Assembly (NCBI GenBank): GCA_002952755.1 | Contig: CP025011.1 | Location: forward strand, 390,001 to 422,000 | Source: Candidatus Saccharimonadota bacterium | GTDB taxonomy: Bacteria; Patescibacteriota; Saccharimonadia; Saccharimonadales; UBA4665 | DNA length: 32,000 nt | Reading direction: 5' to 3' | Shown: one piece after another, positions 8,048-15,411 of the stretch | Numbering within the stretch: the first letter of the stretch is position 1 | How the letters are laid out: each line of letters begins with the position of its first letter | Made by a program: the position numbers and the translations under genes | Notes under the pieces: generated by a model | Databases searched by the model: none | Told to the model about the DNA's origin: nothing | Seen by the model: only the letters and a program-made list of their open reading frames with translations

Positions 8048-9046
8048 ATGATTCAACGCAGAATCCTGACCGCAGTTGTAGTGGTTATGATTGCTGTCAG
8101 TGCGGTAGTGCCGGCACTTAAAGGTACGGCTTTTGCAGCGCAAACGTCACTGGTGGGCGGTAACGCGCTCAAGATTTCGCCGGTGCGCCAGGACCTGACG
8201 ATGGACCCCGGGACGAGCAAGAAGCTGGTCGTCTTTATTACCAATGTCACAAGCGTCACCACAACACTACACATGGCGATTAACGACTTTGTAGCCAGCG
8301 GCGACGAAAGTGGCAAGCCTAGCGTTATTCTCGACGAGAATCAGTATGCCCCTACGCACAGCTTCAAACAATTCGCTACACCCGTTAAGGACTTCACGCT
8401 CAAGGGCAACGAAACTAAAGAGATTGATGTAGCGGTTAACATCCCCAAGACCGCTCCCGGCGGTGGCTACTACGGCGCCATCCGTTTTGAACCGGCAAGT
8501 GCGTCGGGAGACAGGAGCCTGAACTTATCTGCTAGTGTCGGTTCGCTGGTGCTACTCAAGGTGAATGGCACGATCACCGAAAAAATGACCGTCGCCAGCT
8601 TTGATGTGCAGCAAAATAAGAAGAGCGCCTTTTTCTTCACCAGCAGCAAAGGTTTGACTAACGTCGTACGCTTTCAAAACAGCGGTAACGTGCAGCTAGA
8701 ACCTTTCGGCAAGGTTATCTTGAAGCGTTTCGGCAAGCAAGTCGCCGAATACGAAATTAACAACGAATCACCACGTGGTAGCGTACTGCCCGACAGTATT
8801 CGTCGTTTTGATACATCACTCAACAAAGTGAGCTCGTTTGGTAAATTTACTCTCAGCGGCAATTTCGGCTATGGCTCCTCTGGCCAGCTGGTATCTGCAT
8901 CGGCAACCTTTTATGTTATTCCGGTTACGATGATAATCCTTATCGGTGCAGCTATTGTAGGGTTGGTTATACTGATTTTTGTCCTACCGAAACTCATCCG
9001 GTCGTACAACAGCCGGATTATCCGCAACGCCAACCGGCGGCGCTAG
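8048..9046 (+). CDS. Membrane-anchored DUF916/DUF3324-like (CscA-like) protein; candidate chaperone or assembly factor of the locus
   Basis: ATG 8048 is preceded by GAGGG. Signal peptide ..KGTAFA|AQ. Contains LKISPVRQDLTMDPGTSKKLVVFITN, APGGGYYGAIRFEP, and a second beta domain (VRFQNSGNVQLEPFGKV..VLPDSIRRF). Ends in a single C-terminal TM helix VIPVTMIILIGAAIVGLVILIFVL plus an Arg-rich tail. This matches my memory of DUF916+DUF3324 proteins in WxL clusters. Confidence 0.75.
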   Translation: MIQRRILTAVVVVMIAVSAVVPALKGTAFAAQTSLVGGNALKISPVRQDLTMDPGTSKKLVVFITNVTSVTTTLHMAINDFVASGDESGKPSVILDENQYAPTHSFKQFATPVKDFTLKGNETKEIDVAVNIPKTAPGGGYYGAIRFEPASASGDRSLNLSASVGSLVLLKVNGTITEKMTVASFDVQQNKKSAFFFTSSKGLTNVVRFQNSGNVQLEPFGKVILKRFGKQVAEYEINNESPRGSVLPDSIRRFDTSLNKVSSFGKFTLSGNFGYGSSGQLVSASATFYVIPVTMIILIGAAIVGLVILIFVLPKLIRSYNSRIIRNANRRR

Positions 9047-9059
9047 GCAACTTGAGATA

Positions 9060-9959
9060 ATGGGGGTGCATGTGAAGAGAGTCGGTGACTGGCGAGCGAT
9101 AATTGCCGCTCTGACGGTTACCTGTCTGCTCTGTACTCCTGTCTTAGAGGCGCATGCGACTATTCCTCCGCCTGGTCCGGCCTCTGGATCGGTCGGTTTG
9201 CAAGGCAAGGTCCAAACACCACCGCCCAAGAACCCGGCAACTATTGGCACTCCTAGCAATGGCCAGTCGTTCACTACAACACCTATTACGGTAACCGGTC
9301 TATGTACCACTGGCTTATTGGTAAAGATTTTTGCTAATAACGTGTTTGTAGGGTCGGTATTATGTGCGAACGGCAGCTATTCGTTGCAAGTGTCTCTATT
9401 GGATGGACGTAATGACTTGGTGGCTCGCATTTTTGACAGCTTAGACCAGGCTGGGCCGGATTCCAATATTGTAACAGTTAGCTACAATACCCAATTCGCC
9501 ACGACGGGTATTCCTATTTTGAGCCTCAGCAGTGTGTATGCGCGACGCGGTGCCAATCCTGGTGAGCAGTTGCAATGGCCCATTAGCATTAGCGGGGGTA
9601 CGCCCCCATACGCGCTCAGTATGGACTGGGGTGACGGCAAACCGACGTCGCTGTACAGTGCGCCGATTAGCGGCACGATCACGACGACGCACGTTTACAG
9701 TGCTCCAGGTACCTATGTGGTGATTGCCAAGGCAACCGACGCCAATGGATTAACGGCCTTTCTGCAGCTTGTAGGGCAGGCCAACGGCGCGGTCACGCAG
9801 TCGGCGACTTCATCGTCGGGTAACAGCGGAAGTGGCGCGAGCAGGACAGTCGTGGTGTGGATTCCGGCTGCAGCCAGTATTCCTCTCATTGGTATTTCGT
9901 TTTGGCTGGGCAGACGATTCGAACTATTGAGTTTGCGCCGCCATCTCGAGCGCCGTTAA
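9060..9959 (+). CDS. Secreted Ig-like + PKD-domain protein with C-terminal TM anchor
   Basis: Signal peptide ..PVLEAHA|T. Ig-like segment ITVTGLCTTGLLVKIFANNVFVGSVLCANGSYSLQV. PKD signature ISGGTPPYALSMDWGDGKPT...THVYSAPGTYVVIAKATDANG. C-terminal WIPAAASIPLIGISFWLGRRFE.. forms a TM helix plus basic tail. An alternative GTG start lies at 9072. Confidence 0.75.
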   Translation: MGVHVKRVGDWRAIIAALTVTCLLCTPVLEAHATIPPPGPASGSVGLQGKVQTPPPKNPATIGTPSNGQSFTTTPITVTGLCTTGLLVKIFANNVFVGSVLCANGSYSLQVSLLDGRNDLVARIFDSLDQAGPDSNIVTVSYNTQFATTGIPILSLSSVYARRGANPGEQLQWPISISGGTPPYALSMDWGDGKPTSLYSAPISGTITTTHVYSAPGTYVVIAKATDANGLTAFLQLVGQANGAVTQSATSSSGNSGSGASRTVVVWIPAAASIPLIGISFWLGRRFELLSLRRHLERR

Positions 9960-9988
9960 TATTTGCGATCCCCTCTCTCATCTCGAAT

Positions 9989-10022
9989 CCCTTTTGTTGT
10001 GCCGGACCTGATCCGGGCATCC
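9989..10022 (+). repeat. REP-like small palindromic intergenic element, copy 2
   Basis: Sequence is cccttttgttGTgCCGGAcctgaTCCGGgcatcc. Stem 10002-10006 pairs with 10012-10016. Related to 5450-5487. Confidence 0.55.
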
Positions 10023-10071
10023 GCAGAAAAAGAAATTCATATACCTCATCGTTATGTGTCAAAAAACGGTA

Positions 10072-10104
10072 GATTCCGGCTCCGAGGCCGGCATGACAAA
10101 GAGG
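10072..10104 (-). repeat. REP-like small palindromic intergenic element, copy 3 (inverted relative to copy 2)
   Basis: The reverse complement reads cctctttGTCATgCCGGCctcggaGCCGGaatc. Stem 10076-10080 pairs with 10087-10091. With copy 2 it forms an inverted pair between the surface locus and mnmA. Confidence 0.55.
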
Positions 10105-10112
10105 TGAAGAAT

Positions 10113-10121
10113 TGCTAAAAT
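10113..10121 (+). promoter_or_regulatory. Extended -10 promoter (TGcTAAAAT) for mnmA; implies a leaderless or very short-leader mRNA
   Basis: TGc (10113-10115) plus TAAAAT (10116-10121). Only 9 nt lie between the hexamer and ATG 10131. No SD in that gap. Confidence 0.45.
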
Positions 10122-10130
10122 AGAACTAAT

Positions 10131-11180
10131 ATGACAAAAAAAGTATATGTCGGCATGAGTGGAGGCGTTGATTCGTCTGTCACTGCAGCCCTGCTGAAAG
10201 AACAGGGCTATGATGTGACCGGTGTATACATGAAGAATTGGAGCCAGGATCTACCCGGCATGCGCTGTCCGTGGAAGGAAGATTACCAAGACGCCAAGCG
10301 GGTTGCCGTGCAGCTCGGCATCCCCTTCAAGATGTACGACTTCGAGAAGGAGTATCGGCATAAAGTAGTCGACTATATGATTGCCGAGTACCAAGCGGGC
10401 CGTACTCCCAACCCCGACATCATGTGCAACCAGGAGGTAAAGTTTAAGCTCTTTCTAGAGACAGCTCTCGAGGACGGTGCGGATATGATCGCCACTGGTC
10501 ATTATGCGCAAAGTATCGACGGCCAACTACATGCTGGCGTCGATGGTAATAAAGACCAGAGTTATTTTTTGTGTCGTGTGAGTGAGGCCGCATTGCGTAA
10601 AAGCCTCATGCCTATCGGGGCATACGAGAAACCGCAGGTGCGCGGATTGGCACGCAAGTTCGGCCTAGCAACAGCCGAAAAGAAAGATAGTCAGGGCATT
10701 TGCTTTGTAGGTAAAGTAGGTATTAAGGATTTTTTGCAGCAGTTTGTTTCGAGCCAGCCCGGCAAGATTATTGACCGATCAGGCAAGTCCATCGGCCAGC
10801 ACGACGGCGCATTATTCTATACCATTGGCCAGCGTCAGGGCTTGGGGGTGGGTGGTGGTCTGCCATATTACGTCACTGGCAAAAACATGGAAAAGAATGA
10901 AGTGTATGTGAGCACTGATCTGCAAGACGCCCGCTTATGGTCAGACGAGATGACCCTCGCAAGCATACATTGGATTAATCGACCTCCAAACGAGAGCGGG
11001 GCCTACATGGTCCGTACGCGGTATCGTGCTGAGCTATTGGATGTTGCGAGCTTGCGGCAGCTGCAGGATGGCAACTGGCATGTCACGTTACATGACGAAG
11101 TACGGGCGTTAACGACGGGTCAGTCGGCAGTCCTGTATGAGGGCGATCGGGTGGTAGGTAGTGGCATCGTGTGTAGCTAG
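10131..11180 (+). CDS. mnmA: tRNA 2-thiouridine(34) synthase MnmA
   Basis: PP-loop start KKVYVGMSGGVDSSVTAALLKEQGYDVTGVYMKNW. Also contains NPDIMCN and SQGICFVG motifs, and the length (349 aa) is typical of MnmA. Confidence 0.92.
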   Translation: MTKKVYVGMSGGVDSSVTAALLKEQGYDVTGVYMKNWSQDLPGMRCPWKEDYQDAKRVAVQLGIPFKMYDFEKEYRHKVVDYMIAEYQAGRTPNPDIMCNQEVKFKLFLETALEDGADMIATGHYAQSIDGQLHAGVDGNKDQSYFLCRVSEAALRKSLMPIGAYEKPQVRGLARKFGLATAEKKDSQGICFVGKVGIKDFLQQFVSSQPGKIIDRSGKSIGQHDGALFYTIGQRQGLGVGGGLPYYVTGKNMEKNEVYVSTDLQDARLWSDEMTLASIHWINRPPNESGAYMVRTRYRAELLDVASLRQLQDGNWHVTLHDEVRALTTGQSAVLYEGDRVVGSGIVCS

Positions 11181-11371
11181 CGGTACTCGTTGGCTAATAT
11201 CCCGTTGAGGCTGAATGACCTTGCTGTAGTGTGGTTCAGCAGCGTCTACACACCGGTGTGTATCAGGGAGGTCTACGAGAGAATGGCGTCCTCGGCGCAT
11301 AAGGCAGTACTGCACAAGCAGATAGACGGTCCACCTCAAGGTGCTAATTGATCAGTCGTACTTGCGCCATC

Positions 11372-11380
11372 TGTTATACT
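11372..11380 (+). promoter_or_regulatory. Extended -10 promoter (TGtTATACT) upstream of the 11428 small gene
   Basis: TGt (11372-11374) plus TATACT (11375-11380). This one has a leader of about 40 nt ending in AAGGAGG before ATG 11428. Confidence 0.35.
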
Positions 11381-11427
11381 AAAAAAGCGTAAGCAAATAA
11401 CATAAAACTCAAAAAAAGGAGGGCTTT

Positions 11428-11820
11428 ATGGGCCTCTTCGGTCACCACGACAATAATGACAACCAGGCCGCGGGCCAGGATCAAACGCAGGCAGTCCCAC
11501 CGGCTCCCGCAGCTACACCAGATGCCGGCGTGGACACCAGTCAGCCGATGGGCACTGCTGATATGGGTGGCATGCAGCCCCCAGCAGACACGGGCGCACC
11601 AATGGCTCCGGGCGTGGGCACGCCTCCTGTAGGCGCTCCAATGCCTCCAGCTGCTAGCGGCGGCGATGCAATGGGTACAAGCGATCCTATGGGCGTCACT
11701 CCAGACGTTTCTGCTACTCCACCAGCAGAAGATGGCGCGACGCCTGCTGGCATGCCGAGCACGCCAGCGCCAGAGGACCCAGCGGGTTCCGAGGCAGACG
11801 TACCACCAAAAAGCTGGTAG
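11428..11820 (+). CDS. Small (130 aa) intrinsically disordered Pro/Ala/Gly/Met/Asp-rich protein
   Basis: Strong SD AAGGAGG about 7 nt upstream of the ATG, and a strong terminator directly downstream. The sequence is low complexity throughout (..PMGTADMGGMQPPADTGAPMAPGVGTPPVGAPMPPAA..). Long ORFs in other frames and on the other strand here are composition artefacts. Confidence 0.6.
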   Translation: MGLFGHHDNNDNQAAGQDQTQAVPPAPAATPDAGVDTSQPMGTADMGGMQPPADTGAPMAPGVGTPPVGAPMPPAASGGDAMGTSDPMGVTPDVSATPPAEDGATPAGMPSTPAPEDPAGSEADVPPKSW

Positions 11821-11836
11821 TCTAGCTCTAAGAAAT

Positions 11837-11870
11837 AAAAAGGCCTGCGTTTTTTCGTGGGCCTTTTTAT
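11837..11870 (+). terminator. Rho-independent terminator (potentially bidirectional)
   Basis: AAAAAGGCCTGCG (11837-11849) pairs with CGTGGGCCTTTTT (11856-11868) around a TTTTTT loop. The A-run and T-run flank a GC-rich stem, and the T-tract runs into 11868. Confidence 0.8.
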
Positions 11871-11909
11871 TACGCCACGCACGTAGTGCTATTATGCTAG
11901 GAGGTGAGC

Positions 11910-12350
11910 ATGTTAGGTCCTCATACGATAACCACAAAAAGAGTACCTGCCGAAGAGGGTGTTGGCTTTTTCACTGGAGAGAATCCGGATGACGGGGACA
12001 TGTACTTTAGGGCTGCTTTTCAGCCGCCGCTCCCCGCTATCTATTTTGACGTTGAGCACATTACTAATCCCGCTTTCGGCGGTAGTGCTATACATCCGGA
12101 GACTACTTTTACGAGTGCCACTTTTGCTACTGACGAACGCGACTTAGTGAATGATGTATACGCCAGGGTGGCTAAAAAAGATCAGGCTGATCTCGGCGAG
12201 TTGTCTTATAGGGTAGCGCTCACCGGCCGTGCGTTTCGTGCCTTAGGCCATATGGGCATTGGCGGCGTGATAGATATGTTGGCGCTGCTGTCGCCTAATG
12301 GTTTAATGGGCGATAATCTGGCTGGCGATAGGCAGATATCCCGTTTTTAA
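11910..12350 (+). CDS. Hypothetical protein (146 aa)
   Basis: AGGAGG at 11899-11904 lies 5 nt before ATG 11910. The composition is plausible for a protein. I recognise no domain. Confidence 0.55.
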   Translation: MLGPHTITTKRVPAEEGVGFFTGENPDDGDMYFRAAFQPPLPAIYFDVEHITNPAFGGSAIHPETTFTSATFATDERDLVNDVYARVAKKDQADLGELSYRVALTGRAFRALGHMGIGGVIDMLALLSPNGLMGDNLAGDRQISRF

Positions 12351-12367
12351 TACAAGCGTTGTTACTC

Positions 12368-12376
12368 TGTTATAAT
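12368..12376 (+). promoter_or_regulatory. Extended -10 promoter (TGtTATAAT) for alaS; leaderless geometry
   Basis: TGt (12368-12370) plus TATAAT (12371-12376). ATG 12384 lies 7 nt after the hexamer. No SD. Confidence 0.5.
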
Positions 12377-12383
12377 ACAAATA

Positions 12384-14273
12384 ATGAATGCACAACAAAT
12401 TCGCGCTGCTTACCTAGACTTTTGCAAAAAAAATGGCCATGTAGTGATTCCGCGCGCCTTGCTGGTACCCCAAAACGATCCAACTACGCTGTTTACCGGT
12501 TCCGGCATGCAACCGCTTATGCCATATTTGTTGGGCGAAGCGCACCCTGAAGGGACCCGTTTAGTGGACAGCCAGACCTGTCTGCGTGCTCAGGATATAG
12601 AAGAAGTGGGCGACAATCGTCATACCACCTTTTTTGAGATGCTGGGTAATTGGTCGCTCGGCGACTATTTTAAGGCCGAGCAATTGCCGTGGTTTTTTGA
12701 GTTTTTGACCGAAGTAGTGGGTATCGACCCTGCAAGGCTATATGTGACGTGTTTCATCGGCGACGAGGAAAACGGTATTCCTAAAGACAATGACAGCGCC
12801 GACATATGGAAGAAGCTGTTCGACGCAAAAGGCGTAGCTGCCGAGCGGGCCGATATCGGTTCAGAAGCCGATGGTTACGCACGTGGCATGAAGCCTGGCG
12901 AACGCATCTTTTTCTACGATGCCAGCAAAAACTGGTGGTGGCGCGGCAACAAAATCAAAGACATGCCCGTCGGCGAACCAGGCGGCGGCGACAGCGAGGT
13001 ATTTTACGAATTCGACTTCGTAGAGCATAACGCCGATTTCGGCCCACATTGTCATCCTAACTGCGACTGCGGCCGTTTTGTGGAAATCGGCAACAGTGTA
13101 TTTATGGAGTATGTCCGAGGCGAGAACAGGTTTGAGAAACTCCCCAAGCAGAATGTGGACTTCGGTGGCGGTTTGGAGCGCATTGCCATGGCGGCTATCA
13201 ACAGCCCAGATGTCTACAAAATTAGCCTGTTGTGGCCTATCATCGAGAAGTTAGAAGCCTTGTCTGGCAAGAAATATGATTCGTACACCACAGCTATGCG
13301 TGTGATTGCCGACCATCTACGCGGTGCCGCTTTCCTGGCGGTTGACGGGGTGGTGCCGAGCAATAAAGAGCAGGGCTACGTCATGCGCCGCCTCATGCGC
13401 CGTGCAATCCGTTTTGCCTTCGACCTTGGCATCGAGCAAGCGTTGTGTGAACACGTAATCCCCGTTATTGCGGAACTCTACCGGGCTGATTTCCCGGAGG
13501 TTTTGGAACGCGAGCAGCAGGTAATCGACGTACTCATAAAAGAAGAAAAGATTTTCCGTCAGACGCTACGCAAGGGCTTGCACGAATTTAGCAAGCTTAC
13601 TCAGGAAGGACTCACCGGGGCGACGATTTTTAAGCTATACGACACGTATGGGTTCCCGGTTGAGCTGACCTACGAAGAAGCATATAAACAAAACATTCAA
13701 TTATCCGATACTGCCAAACAGGACTTCGAGCAACTCATGCAAGCGCAGCGTGAGCGCAGTCAAACCGCTAGCAAGGGCGTTTTTAAGGGCGGGTTGGGCG
13801 GCCATACCCTGCAACATAAGAAGTACCACACTGCGACGCACTTAATGTATCAGGCGTTGCGGCAGGTACTGGGCGATCACGTGATCCAACGTGGCAGCAA
13901 TATTACCGAAGAACGCTTGCGATTTGACTTTTCTCATCCCGAAAAAGTGACGCCGGAGCAGCTTAAGCAGGTCGAAGACATCGTCAACGAGCAGATCGGT
14001 AATGATCTCAAAGTCTCATGGGCCGAATATCCTACCGAAGAAGCCCGCGGTCCGCTCGGCGCGCTCGGCCAATTTGGCGACCGCTATGGTGACACCGTGA
14101 AGGTGTATAAGATGATCGCCGATGGCGCCGACAAGCCATTCAGTTTCGAAATTTGCGGCGGCCCGCATGTTGACCATACCGCGCAATTGGCCGAAGATGG
14201 CAAACGTTTCAAAATCGTCAAAGAAGAAGCCAGTTCCGCCGGCGTGCGCCGTATTAAGGCAGTTTTACAGTAA
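12384..14273 (+). CDS. alaS: Alanine--tRNA ligase, short form (catalytic, tRNA-recognition and editing domains; no C-Ala domain)
   Basis: N-terminal IRAAYLDFCKKNGHVVIPRALLVPQNDPTTLFTGSGMQ, then FFEMLGNWSLGDYFK and CHPNCDCGRFVEIGNSVFM. Editing-domain motifs HTATHLMYQALRQVLG and CGGPHV are present. The protein ends at ..GVRRIKAVLQ, at 629 aa. Confidence 0.92.
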   Translation: MNAQQIRAAYLDFCKKNGHVVIPRALLVPQNDPTTLFTGSGMQPLMPYLLGEAHPEGTRLVDSQTCLRAQDIEEVGDNRHTTFFEMLGNWSLGDYFKAEQLPWFFEFLTEVVGIDPARLYVTCFIGDEENGIPKDNDSADIWKKLFDAKGVAAERADIGSEADGYARGMKPGERIFFYDASKNWWWRGNKIKDMPVGEPGGGDSEVFYEFDFVEHNADFGPHCHPNCDCGRFVEIGNSVFMEYVRGENRFEKLPKQNVDFGGGLERIAMAAINSPDVYKISLLWPIIEKLEALSGKKYDSYTTAMRVIADHLRGAAFLAVDGVVPSNKEQGYVMRRLMRRAIRFAFDLGIEQALCEHVIPVIAELYRADFPEVLEREQQVIDVLIKEEKIFRQTLRKGLHEFSKLTQEGLTGATIFKLYDTYGFPVELTYEEAYKQNIQLSDTAKQDFEQLMQAQRERSQTASKGVFKGGLGGHTLQHKKYHTATHLMYQALRQVLGDHVIQRGSNITEERLRFDFSHPEKVTPEQLKQVEDIVNEQIGNDLKVSWAEYPTEEARGPLGALGQFGDRYGDTVKVYKMIADGADKPFSFEICGGPHVDHTAQLAEDGKRFKIVKEEASSAGVRRIKAVLQ

Positions 14274-14328
14274 ATAATAGCGGTACCTATAGTAGTTAAC
14301 CGCACTCTATGAGGGAGTCCCTGCGGCG

Positions 14329-15301
14329 TTACTCAAGACGAGATTGCCAGGCATCAAGTTCCGACCAGTCCATATCGGGACGCCAGGTCTGCAGGAATGT
14401 TCGATTGCTTGGAAAGAGATCTTGATACGTTTCTTCTTGTAGGGTATGGATCAATCCATTCACAACGCGCCCAACGCCCCAAAATTCAACCTGCTCGAAA
14501 GTTACCTCTAAACCCTTCGTTCGCAGTGTCTCATTACAGCTCCCAATAGAGCTTCTGCCCAGACGGTATAGTCCTCGCATTTCTTCCATAATATCGCCAC
14601 GGCGTGTTCCGCCGAAGTCGATAACCCCTGAAAGTGTGTCGCCGGTGAATATAAGGTTACCAAACCGAAGGTCTCCATGGATTGGCCGACTTTGAGCTGC
14701 AGTTATGCCGCTGGGATAGAACTGTTCGTACCTTGCCTGCATGTCGGCAGCGAGTCGCGACAGAGAAGGGTAGTTTTGCTTGTCGTGGAAACTGGAAAAT
14801 TTGAAGTGACTGTCCCAGTTTATCGTATTCGGATTACGGGAAGCTGCTCCACTTTCTAGGAAGCCAGGATTTACTGCATCCCCAAACCAAAGTGCAAATT
14901 GGGCAAGCTGTCCGCTGATATGCTTTTTTTTGCTGGAGGGACATAGTCGATATACTTCTTTTACTGCGTACCTCCGCATTACCGGGAATGTATGAGGTTA
15001 CCAAATAGGGCCAATCACAGGATGCATCTGCGACGTCAAGTGTTTTGGGAACGGTTAAGGGGCTGGTTGTTTCTGCCTCGTTTATGGCCTGTAGGGCTGC
15101 AGCTTCAGCCTGAACTTGAAGGAGGGCATGTTCGGTAGAGTCGCCCTTTGGTATTTTTATTATGTATGGCTCAGGGGCATTTGGCTGCAGGATAACTGTA
15201 TTATAGGCCCCGGTGTAGCTTATGGTGGGTGTATCCACACCGCCATATTGTTGTCGGGTCTGATCGATAATCCCTGAGATAATATTTTCTCTTGCCATCA
15301 C
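14329..15301 (-). pseudogene. Aminoglycoside/choline-kinase-type phosphotransferase (APH family), split by a frameshift at an A8 tract
   Basis: ORF 14834..15301 encodes the N-lobe (..YIIKIPKG.., ..YLVTSYIPG). ORF 14329..14979 encodes the C-lobe with the catalytic IHGDLRFGNLIF...GVIDFGG. The frames overlap around T8 at 14924-14931 on the + strand (A8 on the coding strand). Deleting one A gives ..STMSLQQKKHISGQLAQFAL.. Confidence 0.75.
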
Positions 15302-15392
15302 TCAAGATTAGTATGAAATGTTTTGAATTGTAAGCATGCTTTTTGTACATCACGTTTTACGCATTTTGCTGTCCGTAGTAGCCCTTCGGGCG

Positions 15393-15401
15393 TGCTATAA
15401 T
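15393..15401 (+). promoter_or_regulatory. Extended -10 promoter (TGcTATAAT) for the ftsA-like operon
   Basis: TGc (15393-15395) plus TATAAT (15396-15401). ATG 15412 lies 10 nt after the hexamer. No SD. Confidence 0.5.
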
Positions 15402-15411
15402 TGAACCGATT

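Noticed and set aside
11374-11992. Several long ORFs (187, 113 and 108 aa) overlapping the 11428-11820 gene in other frames and on the other strand
   Set aside because: They are a low-complexity GC-rich artefact. Only the + strand 11428 frame has an SD (AAGGAGG), an ATG and a downstream terminator. The alternatives are Trp/Arg/Cys-rich.
14274-14328. Possible terminator between convergent alaS and the APH-like gene (GCGGT..ACCGC and AGGGA-G-TCCCT)
   Set aside because: The stems are only 5 bp, with poor loop geometry and no T-tract. This is not convincing.
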